In this document: positions 9,496 to 19,126 of the stretch, one piece after another | How positions within the stretch are numbered: the stretch's first letter is position 1 | Layout: the number at the start of each line of letters is the position of its first letter | DNA from: Candidatus Bipolaricaulia bacterium | Lineage (GTDB): Bacteria > Bipolaricaulota > Bipolaricaulia > JBHIAT01 | Reading direction: 5' to 3' | Length of the DNA stretch: 34,518 nucleotides | Assembly (NCBI GenBank): GCA_046758705.1 | Contig: JBHIAT010000015.1 | Coordinates: forward strand, 1-34,518 | Position numbers and translations under genes: made by a program | Notes under the pieces: model-generated | Told to the model about the DNA's origin: nothing | What the model saw: the letters and a program-made list of their open reading frames with translations, nothing else | Databases searched by the model: none

Positions 9496-9792
9496 ATTCC
9501 CAATATCAAGTCCGCGATCAAGCGGGCCAGGCAGAGCGAGAAGCGTCGATTCAGAAACAAGCGGCGCAAGACTGCGCTGAAGGCGGCCGTCAAGGAGATG
9601 AGGGGTTACCTGGAGGCCGGCGAGGTGGAGAAGGCCAGGGCGCTTCTGCCTGAATTCATGAAGGTTGTCGACAAAACCGCGGCTCGAGGAACGATCCATC
9701 CTAACAAGGCGTCCCGGATGAAATCTCGGATCATGAGACGGTTAAGCCGTCTTGAAGGGCCGGAGGAGACCGGGGCCGAAACCGAGGCCTAA
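9496..9792 (+). CDS. rpsT: 30S ribosomal protein S20 (apparent ATT start)
   Basis: Frame extends upstream of the tracked ORF: PNIKSAIKRARQSEKRR..N, plus IHPNKASRMKSR. SD GAGGTGA at 9483-9489 overlaps an in-frame TGA. Confidence 0.93.
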   Translation: MPNIKSAIKRARQSEKRRFRNKRRKTALKAAVKEMRGYLEAGEVEKARALLPEFMKVVDKTAARGTIHPNKASRMKSRIMRRLSRLEGPEETGAETEA

Positions 9793-9818
9793 GCCTAAGG
9801 AGTTACGAAAGAGATCCG

Positions 9819-10703
9819 GTGTTCAACATCGACTTCCTTGGCAAGGCCAGGATCTGGACGGGACTCTCCATCCTGCTTGTCCTGGTCAGTATTGTGCTGG
9901 TGTTCACCCGGGGGATGAATTCCGGGATCGACTTCACCGGCGGAACTCAGATCCGGATTCAACTCCCGGAGGACCCACCGATCAGCCAAGTGCGAGATGC
10001 CCTCAGGGAGATTCAGATCCGAGACGTGGATCTCTCCACCAGCGTCATTCAAGATTTCCGACAGCTCAGGGGTGTCAAGACGATCACTATGAAGCTCACC
10101 GACGAGGAGGAGGTCGATCGGGTCGTGGCCCGATTGCAAGAGGTGCTCCCGGGGGCGGAGATCCTGGAACGGCAGGTGATCGGCACCAAGATCAGCCAGG
10201 AACTCGCGAACCGGGGGTGGCAGGCGGTGGCGCTCGCCCTGATCGTCATCCTCGTGTATGTGGCTTGGCGGTTCCGGCTCAAGTATGCCGTCGCTGCCAT
10301 CGCCGCCCTGATTCACGACGTCGCGATCGCGGTCGGCATCTTCTCAGCGTTCCAGATCGAGGTGAATCTGCCGATCATCGCCGCACTCTTGACGATCGTC
10401 GGCTATTCGCTGAATGACACGATCGTCATCTTCGACCGGGTGCGAGAGAACGAGGAGGCGATGCGGCGCGCCTCCTATTTCGATGTCATCAATCGGAGCA
10501 TTAATCAGTCCCTCAGCCGGACGATCCATACCTCATTGACGACATTCATCCCGGTGGCGGTGCTGTTCTTCTTCGGTGGATCTGTCCTGAAGGCGTTCTC
10601 ACTCGCCCTGCTTATCGGGGTGGTGGTAGGCACCTACTCCTCGATTTACGTGGCCAACCCGATCATCCACACCTGGACAGTGCGGGCGGCGAAGGCGGTC
10701 TGA
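9819..10703 (+). CDS. secF: Protein translocase subunit SecF
   Basis: GIDFTGG, ALIHDV, LTIVGYSLNDTIVIFDRVREN, SRTIHTS, GTYSSIYVA; AAGGAG RBS. Confidence 0.95.
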   Translation: MFNIDFLGKARIWTGLSILLVLVSIVLVFTRGMNSGIDFTGGTQIRIQLPEDPPISQVRDALREIQIRDVDLSTSVIQDFRQLRGVKTITMKLTDEEEVDRVVARLQEVLPGAEILERQVIGTKISQELANRGWQAVALALIVILVYVAWRFRLKYAVAAIAALIHDVAIAVGIFSAFQIEVNLPIIAALLTIVGYSLNDTIVIFDRVRENEEAMRRASYFDVINRSINQSLSRTIHTSLTTFIPVAVLFFFGGSVLKAFSLALLIGVVVGTYSSIYVANPIIHTWTVRAAKAV

Positions 10704-10729
10704 GCGATCTGGTGACAGCAGGTAATACC

Positions 10730-12490
10730 ATGACGACGATGTGGCAATCGCTGTTCGCAGATAGGTGTTGGCAACTGGAGCCGTCTGACCGGGGCCAGGT
10801 CGATCGCATTCTGAAGACACTCGGGGGCCCACCGGCTCTGGCCCGGGTACTCGCCATCCGGCGTGAGTCCAGGGATCTGAACGGGTTGGAACGGCTGCTG
10901 ATCTGCGAACTCCAATTGGAGGATCCATTCCTGATCGCGGGGATGGACCGGGCGGTGGAGCGGCTCGCCCGGGGTGCGAAGCTCGGGGAACGGATCTTCA
11001 TTCACGGTGACTTCGACACCGACGGGATCACCGCGGCCGCCCTGCTCTACCTGGGGCTTGCCCGGATGGCCGATCCGAAGCGGATCCGGGTGGAGCTGGA
11101 GGATCGTGACCGGGGGCACGGCCTGAACGCCAAGGTCGTCCGGCGCATCTTGCGCGGAGGCTTTGACCTGGTGATCACCTCAGATTGTGGGATCAGTGAT
11201 CGGGATGAGGTCGCGACGCTTCAAGAACACGGCGTTGACGTCATCATCACCGATCACCACCGCCCACCTCAGCATCTCCCACCTGCAATCGCTGTCCTGA
11301 ATCCCAAACGGAAGAATGACCCTTACCCTAACAAGAGCCTGGCCGGTGTCGGGGTCGCGTTCAAGCTGATCTCGGCCTTCTACCAGCATCTTGACCTCAG
11401 CGATCGGGAGACGCATCGCTATCTTGATCTGACCATGCTCGGCACCGTGGCTGACCTCGTCCCGTTGGTGGCGAACGATCAGTTCGAGAATCGGTCGATC
11501 GTGATGCACGGTCTGAAGCAGATTGCCTCCGGGGAGGGCAACCTCGGCTTGCGGGTGTTGATCGAGCGGTTAGCGCTCGCCCCCCAACGCATCTCGGTCG
11601 GCGGGATCGGCTACCGGGTCGCCCCGCGGATCAACGCTGCCAACCGCGCCGGAGATCCTCGGGTCGCCTTCCTGCTCTTGATCACCCGCAACCCGAAGCG
11701 GGCCGAATACCTCGCCGAGATCCTGATGGACTACAACCGCGACCGCCAAGTCGCTCAAGACGATCTGCTCTACCGGATCGAGGAGCAGCTCAGCAGGCGT
11801 GATCTGGCAGGCGATCCGATCCTCATCATCGACGGGGAAGGCTGGAACCCCGGGGTGATCGGCTTGGTCGCCTCCAAACTGGTCGATCAATATGACAAAC
11901 CGGTAGTGTTGATCTCTATAGGAGATCGGGTCAGCCGGGGCTCGTGCCGCAGCATCCCCGGATTCGATGTCGGAGCGGCCTTGGAGCAGTGTACCGACTT
12001 ACTGGAGAATCACGGCGGCCATTTGATGGCCGCCGGGTTTACGATTCGAAATGAGCACCTGAAACGGTTTAACCGTGAACTGGTCGCCTACGCTCACCGA
12101 GTGTTGTCTGAGGCTGAGGAGATGGGGACACCGGTGACGCAACTCGATGCTCGCGTTGAAGCCGAGGAGATCGACCTGGATCTCTATCACGAACTGCAAC
12201 GGCTCGGGCCGTTCGGGGTCGGGAACCCAGCCCCGCGGCTCCTGCTCACCGATGCCATCCTGACCGAAGTCGGGACGGTCGGCGGCGGCCAGCACCTCAA
12301 ACTCCAAGTCCGCAAAGACGGGCAGCGATTCGAGGCGATCGGGTTCGATATGGGAGGCTACCAGCTCTCCAAGTTGTCTCGCGTGCCAGCGGTCTCGCTC
12401 GTCTTCAAGCTGAGGGTGAACGACTGGGGTGGGGTCGAGCGGGTGCAGCTCGAGTTACAGGACATCGTCTCAGAGGATAGAAAAACATGA
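10730..12490 (+). CDS. recJ: Single-stranded DNA exonuclease RecJ
   Basis: GDFDTDG, DCG, TDHH, GTVADLVPL, PRINAA, GSCRS, GGH..AAG, PFG.GNP.P. Alternative GTG start at 10712. Confidence 0.92.
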   Translation: MTTMWQSLFADRCWQLEPSDRGQVDRILKTLGGPPALARVLAIRRESRDLNGLERLLICELQLEDPFLIAGMDRAVERLARGAKLGERIFIHGDFDTDGITAAALLYLGLARMADPKRIRVELEDRDRGHGLNAKVVRRILRGGFDLVITSDCGISDRDEVATLQEHGVDVIITDHHRPPQHLPPAIAVLNPKRKNDPYPNKSLAGVGVAFKLISAFYQHLDLSDRETHRYLDLTMLGTVADLVPLVANDQFENRSIVMHGLKQIASGEGNLGLRVLIERLALAPQRISVGGIGYRVAPRINAANRAGDPRVAFLLLITRNPKRAEYLAEILMDYNRDRQVAQDDLLYRIEEQLSRRDLAGDPILIIDGEGWNPGVIGLVASKLVDQYDKPVVLISIGDRVSRGSCRSIPGFDVGAALEQCTDLLENHGGHLMAAGFTIRNEHLKRFNRELVAYAHRVLSEAEEMGTPVTQLDARVEAEEIDLDLYHELQRLGPFGVGNPAPRLLLTDAILTEVGTVGGGQHLKLQVRKDGQRFEAIGFDMGGYQLSKLSRVPAVSLVFKLRVNDWGGVERVQLELQDIVSEDRKT

Positions 12491-13440
12491 TCCTGGTCAC
12501 CGGTGGGGCGGGATTCATCGGCTCACACCTCGTTGAGCGACTGCTTGAGGACGGGCATCGCATCGTGTGTCTCGATAACTTCAACGATCTCTACGATCCC
12601 AAGCTCAAGGAACGCAACCTCGCCCAGGTCAGGAACCATACGCGTTTCACCCTGGTCCATGGCGACATCCTCGACCGGAGGCTCCTGGAGGAGCTGTTCA
12701 GCCAGCACCGATTCGACCGGATCGTTCACCTGGCCGCGTTGGCCGGGGTGCGTGCCTCACTCACCTCACCCGCCCACTATATCGATGTCGACGTCACCGG
12801 GACACTCCATCTCTTAGAGATGGCGAACGCCTATGCAGTCGATGGATTCCTGTTCGGTTCCTCCTCCTCGATCTACGGGATTAGCCAGCGGGTCCCGTTC
12901 CGGGAGGATGATCCCGCCGATCTTCAGGTCTCCCCGTATGCGGCGGCCAAGCGGGCCGGGGAGCTGCTCTGCGGGACTTACCACCACCTGTATCGTATCC
13001 CGATCACGATCCCCAGGTTCTTCACCGTCTACGGCCCGCGCCAGCGCCCGGATATGGCGATCCACCGATTTGTCCGATTGATGAGCGACGGAAAGCCGGT
13101 GCCAATGTATGGGGACGGAAGTTCAACCCGGGATTACACCTACGTCGACGACATCATCGACGGGATGATGCATGCCATCGAGCGGAACTACGATTTCGAG
13201 GTCTTCAACCTGGGCAACTCGGAGACGATCCAGCTAACCGAGCTGATCGCGCTGGTGGGCAAGGCGGTTGGAGTAGAACCGCAGATCGAGCGGCTCCCGG
13301 AGCAACCGGGGGATGTGCCGATCACTTACGCCGACATCTCCAAGGCGCGCAGGCTGCTCGATTATCACCCGTCGGTCTCCATCGAAGCGGGGATCGAGCG
13401 GTTCGTCCGCTGGTTCCGGAACCAAGGTCCGGAGACGTAG
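12487..13440 (+). CDS. NAD-dependent epimerase, UDP-glucuronate 4-epimerase-like
   Basis: GGAGFIG, HLAALAGVR, SSSSIYG, YAAAK, RFFTVYGPRQRPDMA, QPGDV. Confidence 0.85.
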   Translation: MILVTGGAGFIGSHLVERLLEDGHRIVCLDNFNDLYDPKLKERNLAQVRNHTRFTLVHGDILDRRLLEELFSQHRFDRIVHLAALAGVRASLTSPAHYIDVDVTGTLHLLEMANAYAVDGFLFGSSSSIYGISQRVPFREDDPADLQVSPYAAAKRAGELLCGTYHHLYRIPITIPRFFTVYGPRQRPDMAIHRFVRLMSDGKPVPMYGDGSSTRDYTYVDDIIDGMMHAIERNYDFEVFNLGNSETIQLTELIALVGKAVGVEPQIERLPEQPGDVPITYADISKARRLLDYHPSVSIEAGIERFVRWFRNQGPET

Positions 13441-13448
13441 CTTGACAC

Positions 13449-13477
13449 TTGACGTCCCAACCGATCTCCACTATATG
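13449..13477 (+). promoter_or_regulatory. Putative internal promoter for ugd
   Basis: TTGACG-N17-TATATG. Confidence 0.4.
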
Positions 13478-13535
13478 TTGAATGGGATCGATCTGTGAAT
13501 CCTCAATCGATATCGATATCATTGAAGGAGGCACC

Positions 13536-14837
13536 ATGAGGATTACCGTGGTCGGGACCGGTTATGTCGGTTTGGTCGTCGGCACCTGCCTGTCCGACAG
13601 CGGCCATGATGTCATCTGTGTCGATAACGACGAAGCCAAGATCAGGCAACTCAACGACGGGGACGTCCCCATCTACGAACCCGGTCTCAAAGAACTGATC
13701 GACCGGAACGTCCGCGAGAACCGGTTGCGGTTCACCACCGATCTGACCGAGGGAGTTCAACATGCGCTCCTGATCTTCATCGCCGTCGGCACCCCTATCG
13801 GAGCGGACGGCTCGGTCGACCTGAGCCGCGTCTTCGAGGTCGCCGACGGGATCGGTAAGGCGATGAACGGCTACAAGATCGTCGTGGACAAGAGCACCGT
13901 CCCGGTGGGGACCGCCGAGCGGATCCGGGAGATCATCATCCAGCATACCGATCAGGAGTTCGACGTCGCCTCCAACCCGGAGTTTCTGAAGGAGGGGATG
14001 GCCGTCCAGGACTTCATGAAACCGGATCGGGTGATCATCGGGACTGATGATGTGCGGGTAGCCGAGTTGATGAAAGAGTTGTACGCCTCGTTCGTGCGGA
14101 CTGAGAACCCCATCATCGTGATGGACATTCGCAGCGCTGAGATGACCAAGTACGCGGCCAACGCGATGCTGGCGACCAAGATCTCGTTCATGAACGAGAT
14201 GGCGAACCTGTGCGAGCGGTTGGGAGCAGATGTCGAGCAGGTACGAAAAGGGCTGGGGGCAGACAAGCGCATCGGTTACAGCTTCCTGTTCCCGGGGGTC
14301 GGTTACGGCGGGAGCTGCTTAGGGAAAGATATCAAAACGCTAATCGATACGGGAAAACAGCAGGACTACGAGCCTCAGATCTTAGCGGCAGTTGACCGGA
14401 CGAACGAGGCTCAGAAATTGAACCTGTTTCAGAAGATTCACGATCACTTCGGTGGTGATCTGCGGGGCAAACGGATCGCCGTATGGGGGTTGTCGTTTAA
14501 GCCGGGGACCAATGACATGCGTGATGCTCCTTCAATCACGATCATCGAACGTCTGCTCGATCACGGGGCCGAGGTGCGTGCCCACGATCCGAAGGCCCAA
14601 GATGTTGCCAAAAGGATCTTTGCCGACCGCATCGTCTGTTTCGACGACTATTACCGGTGTGTGGAGGGAGCGGAGGCACTGGTGCTGATCACCGAGTGGA
14701 ACGAGTTTCGCAACCCGGACTTCGGGCGGATCAAGGCGAAGATGAACGCGTCGGTTGTCTTCGACGGGCGGAACATCTACAGTCCGTCCAGGCTGCGGGA
14801 GTTGGGCTTCACCTACTACGGGATCGGGAGGCCCTAG
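13536..14837 (+). CDS. ugd: UDP-glucose 6-dehydrogenase
   Basis: GTGYVG, PIYEPGL, KSTVPVGT, NPEFLKEG, GYGGSC, FKPGTNDMR, DGRN; AAGGAGG RBS before ATG 13536. Confidence 0.93.
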   Translation: MRITVVGTGYVGLVVGTCLSDSGHDVICVDNDEAKIRQLNDGDVPIYEPGLKELIDRNVRENRLRFTTDLTEGVQHALLIFIAVGTPIGADGSVDLSRVFEVADGIGKAMNGYKIVVDKSTVPVGTAERIREIIIQHTDQEFDVASNPEFLKEGMAVQDFMKPDRVIIGTDDVRVAELMKELYASFVRTENPIIVMDIRSAEMTKYAANAMLATKISFMNEMANLCERLGADVEQVRKGLGADKRIGYSFLFPGVGYGGSCLGKDIKTLIDTGKQQDYEPQILAAVDRTNEAQKLNLFQKIHDHFGGDLRGKRIAVWGLSFKPGTNDMRDAPSITIIERLLDHGAEVRAHDPKAQDVAKRIFADRIVCFDDYYRCVEGAEALVLITEWNEFRNPDFGRIKAKMNASVVFDGRNIYSPSRLRELGFTYYGIGRP

Positions 14838-17207
14838 ATGCCCAGATCATTGGTGACTGGAGGAGCGGGGTTTCTCGGCTCTCACCTGTGCGATCGGCTC
14901 ATCGCGGAGGGGCACGAAGTGATTTGCATGGACAACTTACTGACGGGCCGCCCGGACAATGTAAGACATCTCTCTGAACACCCAAGGTTTACCTTTATAA
15001 ACGGTGACGTGACCAAACCGATCGAAATCGACGGTCCGTTAGACACCATCCTACACTTCGCCAGCCCAGCGAGCCCCAAGGATTACCTCAAGTACCCGAT
15101 CCACACCCTTAAGGTCGGGGCGCTGGGGAGCTATCATGCCCTGGGGTTGGCCAAGGCGAAACGGGCCGTATTCCTGCTGGCCTCCTCTTCAGAAGTCTAT
15201 GGCGACCCGGAAGTCACCCCCCAGCCTGAGTCGTACTGGGGTCATGTGAATCCGACAGGGCCGAGGAGTGTCTACGATGAATCGAAGCGCTACGCCGAGG
15301 CGATCACGATGGCCTACCACCACACCCACGGGATCGACACCCGAATCGTCCGCATCTTCAACTGTTTTGGGGAGCGCATGCGCCTCGACGACGGGCGGGC
15401 GCTGCCGACGTTCATCACCCAAGGGTTGCGAGGAGAGCCGATCACCGTCTACGGCGACGGCTCCCAAACCCGGTCGTTCTGTATCCACGCTGATGAGCTT
15501 GTCCCTATTATAGACCCTGAGGGGATCCTCCACCTTCGCCCTATTGGGGAATGGGTTGAGGAACTCCTTCCTAAAGAAGCCTCGTTTGGAAACCCTGAGA
15601 GATACGCTGTTTTCAGTTTGGCTCCAGAGACTGGACGTGCTGTTGTAGGGCGTATCCGCCATCTTCACTGCCGCCCTTTGGATCGCCGGATGCTGAAAAT
15701 CCGGCTGCGTTGGGGTGGCCAGTGGATCCGAGTTACCGAAGACCATAAGTTTTTGGTCTGGGAGAACAACCAGGAGAACAACCACTGGATAGAGAAATCC
15801 GCTTCAGAGCTCCAGCCTGGGGATCGGCTGCCCACGGCTCTAGCTTTACCCGAATTGCCAGACCAGATTACCCATCTTGACCTCATCGAGCGTTTCTCCT
15901 TGGACATACCCTTTGATGACCAAGCCACTATTTTCGTTCGGGGCGAAGGAATACGCTCTCTGATCCAAACCGCTAAAGAGCGCCTTGAGGATTCCTTTGC
16001 GCAACTTCACGCCAACCTGGGTCTCCAGAGCCATTACAACCACATTGTGAACCGGGATTCCCTTTCCCTCCCTGACTACCTGAAATTGAGCCGTGCTGCT
16101 GACTTCGTCCCTTCTCCGGAGACGCTTCGGCTCGGTGTTGGAGGCGGCCGTTCAGAACTTCCAGCCCGCTTGCCTTTAACACCCGAGTTTCTACGCCTCC
16201 TGGGCTACTTCGTCGCTGAGGGGAGCTACAATCAAGAATATCATCTTGTCTTCACCAACCGCGATATCCGAATCTTGAACGATCTGAAGCGAATTCTGGA
16301 AGATTTGGGACTTCATTTCACAGAATACACCCGCCCCAACGGTACATCTCAGATCACTATTGGTTCTAAACTCCTGCGGCTTCTTTTCGAACACGTGCTA
16401 GGGATGAAGGCAGGGGAAAAGTGCTTACCTCACTATCTGTACAACCTCCCCCGGCCGCTCATCGCTGAGTTTCTCAAAGCCTATCTCTCCGGCGATGGTT
16501 GGGTGACATTCGACAGTGCTGCCTCTTCTCTTCGCATTGGTTGTACCGCCTATAGCCCTCGACTTCTGCAAGAAATCGCTTTCCTCTTTACCTTGTTGGG
16601 GATACCTGGTACTCTAAGCCGAACCCGGTTCTCCATTAGTGGGCAGGAGTTGGTGAAGCGGTTCACTGAGCTCATCTCCTTCGTCCAGGAAGAAGCGAAC
16701 GAGAAAATCACTACATACCTGACCCAGATTCGATGGAAAGGAGGAGGGAGTCGTCTACTGAAACGGCGGTGGAGGGACGTTGCTCTGAACCCGGTCTTGG
16801 AAGTTCAGGAAATTCCCGGAAGCACCTACGTGTATGATCTCCAGATCGACCCTCACCCTACTGTCCTTCTCGCCAGTGCCGGAGGGGTATTCGTCCACAA
16901 TTGTTACATCTCCGACATGATCGACGGGATCTACCGACTGCTCGTTTCGGACGTGAACGAACCGGTGAATCTCGGCAATCCCGAGGAGGTCACCATCCTG
17001 GAGTTCGCCCGGGAGATCCAGGAGCTCACCGGGGGCCGGAGCAAGATCGTCTTTGAACCACTGCCCGAGAACGACCCCATGGTGCGGCATCCGGATATCA
17101 GTAAAGCGGAACAGCTGTTAGGATGGAAACCGAGGGTGAGTCGCCGGGAGGGGCTCCGCCGGGTCCTCCCCTACTTTGAGGCCGCCCTCCGGGAGGAGGA
17201 AAGTTAG
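14838..17207 (+). CDS. UDP-glucuronate decarboxylase (UDP-xylose synthase) family SDR, intein-containing (about 315 aa spliced)
   Basis: [45 protein letters not shown]|intein|CYISD, VNLGNP. Confidence 0.9.
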   Translation: MPRSLVTGGAGFLGSHLCDRLIAEGHEVICMDNLLTGRPDNVRHLSEHPRFTFINGDVTKPIEIDGPLDTILHFASPASPKDYLKYPIHTLKVGALGSYHALGLAKAKRAVFLLASSSEVYGDPEVTPQPESYWGHVNPTGPRSVYDESKRYAEAITMAYHHTHGIDTRIVRIFNCFGERMRLDDGRALPTFITQGLRGEPITVYGDGSQTRSFCIHADELVPIIDPEGILHLRPIGEWVEELLPKEASFGNPERYAVFSLAPETGRAVVGRIRHLHCRPLDRRMLKIRLRWGGQWIRVTEDHKFLVWENNQENNHWIEKSASELQPGDRLPTALALPELPDQITHLDLIERFSLDIPFDDQATIFVRGEGIRSLIQTAKERLEDSFAQLHANLGLQSHYNHIVNRDSLSLPDYLKLSRAADFVPSPETLRLGVGGGRSELPARLPLTPEFLRLLGYFVAEGSYNQEYHLVFTNRDIRILNDLKRILEDLGLHFTEYTRPNGTSQITIGSKLLRLLFEHVLGMKAGEKCLPHYLYNLPRPLIAEFLKAYLSGDGWVTFDSAASSLRIGCTAYSPRLLQEIAFLFTLLGIPGTLSRTRFSISGQELVKRFTELISFVQEEANEKITTYLTQIRWKGGGSRLLKRRWRDVALNPVLEVQEIPGSTYVYDLQIDPHPTVLLASAGGVFVHNCYISDMIDGIYRLLVSDVNEPVNLGNPEEVTILEFAREIQELTGGRSKIVFEPLPENDPMVRHPDISKAEQLLGWKPRVSRREGLRRVLPYFEAALREEES
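15480..16901 (+). mobile_element. Intein (474 aa) with LAGLIDADG homing endonuclease
   Basis: Starts CIHADE, block B VTEDHKF, endonuclease blocks LLGYFVAEG and [10 protein letters not shown], ends YVYDL..FVHN with Cys+1; more T-ending codons than the host gene. Confidence 0.93.
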
Positions 17208-17245
17208 ATCTGGATCCGGACTCCGGCAATTTGCAGACCCACGGC

Positions 17246-17274
17246 TTGATAGCCGAACTCAAATTGACTATATT
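17246..17274 (+). promoter_or_regulatory. Putative sigma70 promoter
   Basis: TTGATA-N17-TATATT upstream of a CAGGAGG RBS. Confidence 0.55.
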
Positions 17275-17307
17275 TAACGAGTACAAACAACAGGAGGCAC
17301 TCGTCAG

Positions 17308-18135
17308 ATGAAGATGACTTTGACCGACCAAGAGAAACAGGAACTCGCAATTCTGCCGTTAACGGAGAAGCTGGAGTACGGGAAGCAGGTGATCCGGAAG
17401 GCGCTCGCAGACGAAGCAGGAGCAGACAAGCGTCCGGTGGTGCTCTGGACCGGGGGCAAAGACTCGACGGTGCTGATGTGGCTGATCCGGGAAGCGGTCG
17501 ATGAGAACATCCCCGCGCTTCTGATCGATCACGGGCTCCATTTTCCCCAGACCTGGGAGTTCGCCGAGCAGGTGAAGCGCAACTGGGACTTGCAGCTCGA
17601 TATCGCTCGAAACGAGGATGTCATCACGCATGCCGGCGAACCGAACACTCCGATCCAGGTCGCCGACCTGAACGAGATAAACCGCCGCGAGGTGCGTAAC
17701 GTGCTGGGGTATACCGAGGAGACGTTCCCCTACACGCTGGATACCGAAGTGGGCAACCATTTGCTGAAGACGGTGGCGCTCAAGGAGGCAATCCGAGAGC
17801 ACGGCTACACCCACGTGTTCGTTGGAATTCGCTGGGACGAGCATCCGGCACGAGCCACCGAGCAGCTCTTCTCGCCACGACAGGCCCCGGACCATCTCCG
17901 GGCGCACCCGATCCTGCCGCTCACCGAGGCGGATATCTGGACAGTGATGCGGCAGGAGCAGTTGCCAACACATCCCCTGTACGCTCAAGGGTACCGCTCG
18001 CTCGACTCTGTGGCGGCAAACAAGACCGACGACCGTCCAGCGTGGGAACAGGAGCTAGGCGTAGGGGAGCGCGCCGGCCGCGAGCAGGACAAGGAAGACC
18101 TGATGGAGCGCCTGCGCGCCCTGGGCTACATGTAA
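17308..18135 (+). CDS. PAPS reductase/CysD-family PP-loop adenylyltransferase-like protein
   Basis: WTGGKDS PP-loop, GIRWDE, HPIL, GYRSL; CysD-like tail GREQDKE..MERLRALGYM; no ECG(L/I)H. Confidence 0.8.
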   Translation: MKMTLTDQEKQELAILPLTEKLEYGKQVIRKALADEAGADKRPVVLWTGGKDSTVLMWLIREAVDENIPALLIDHGLHFPQTWEFAEQVKRNWDLQLDIARNEDVITHAGEPNTPIQVADLNEINRREVRNVLGYTEETFPYTLDTEVGNHLLKTVALKEAIREHGYTHVFVGIRWDEHPARATEQLFSPRQAPDHLRAHPILPLTEADIWTVMRQEQLPTHPLYAQGYRSLDSVAANKTDDRPAWEQELGVGERAGREQDKEDLMERLRALGYM

Positions 18136-18151
18136 GGCAGAGATCAGAGCC

Positions 18152-19123
18152 ATGACCCAAGTCAAAGCGTTCTTGAACGGCATCTATCCGAGATCGGAAC
18201 CGCTGGTTTCCATCACCCGGGATTATGACCGCGGCCGGACCGGTGAGCAGGAGCTCAAACAGGGATTCCAACAGGATTTAGAGGCGCTAATCGATCTACA
18301 AGTCTCCTCGGGATTAGACTACCTTTCTGATGGGATGCTGAACTGGCAGGACCTGTATCACCCCATCGTCGGGATGGCCGAGGGGCTCAAAGCCGGTCCG
18401 TTGGAGCGGTCTTTCAACACCAACACGTTCTACCGTCAACCGATCGTCGCAGGAAATGTTCGCCTGCAACGCTCGGATGACGTGGACAGCGAGTTCTTCC
18501 ACAGGGATGGTTCGCAAGAGACGTTGTGGAAGGCCGTACTGCCCTCCCCTTATCTGTTCTCTCGCGTCGCTGCGAACGAGTTCTACCACGATGAGAACGA
18601 GTTGATGATGGCGTTCACCACAGAACTGTTGAAGCCGCTGACTCAGCGACTGGTCGAGCGGGGGATCTCGTTCATCCAGTTGAACGAACCCTATCTCGTC
18701 TCCCACAAGCCGAGGCTCCAGGATGTTAAGCTGTTCCAGGAGGCGATCGAGGCGTTCACCAAAGATCTAAACGCCAGGGTCTGTATCCATACCCATTTTG
18801 GGGATGCCGAACCGATCATGGAACACCTGCTCGATTTCGAGGTAGATGCGATCGGCATCGACTTCTTAGAGACCGATCTGGATTCGCTGACCGGTTACGA
18901 CTTTGAGATGGAGTTGGTGTGTGGTTGCGTCAACTCCAGAAGTTCCCTGATCGAGGATGAGGAGGTCGTCTATGCGTTTGCCCATAGAACCATAGAGCAG
19001 TTGAACCCTCCGATCTGCTACCTGACGACCAATACGGGTCTGGAGTTTGTCCCCGAGGAGATCGCCCGAAACAAGGTGCGGCTGTTGGGTCGGGTGGCTG
19101 AAAGACTAAGGACTGGAGGCTGA
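18152..19123 (+). CDS. Cobalamin-independent methionine synthase, stand-alone N-terminal-domain-like subunit
   Basis: GIYPRSE, SDGMLNWQD, FNTNTFYRQP, IQLNEP, HTHFGD, GIDF; lacks the zinc Cys ligands. Confidence 0.75.
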   Translation: MTQVKAFLNGIYPRSEPLVSITRDYDRGRTGEQELKQGFQQDLEALIDLQVSSGLDYLSDGMLNWQDLYHPIVGMAEGLKAGPLERSFNTNTFYRQPIVAGNVRLQRSDDVDSEFFHRDGSQETLWKAVLPSPYLFSRVAANEFYHDENELMMAFTTELLKPLTQRLVERGISFIQLNEPYLVSHKPRLQDVKLFQEAIEAFTKDLNARVCIHTHFGDAEPIMEHLLDFEVDAIGIDFLETDLDSLTGYDFEMELVCGCVNSRSSLIEDEEVVYAFAHRTIEQLNPPICYLTTNTGLEFVPEEIARNKVRLLGRVAERLRTGG

Positions 19124-19126
19124 CCT

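Noticed and set aside
9752..10417. 221-aa ORF overlapping secF
   Set aside because: Alternate frame, Arg/Gly/Pro-rich, typical GC artefact.
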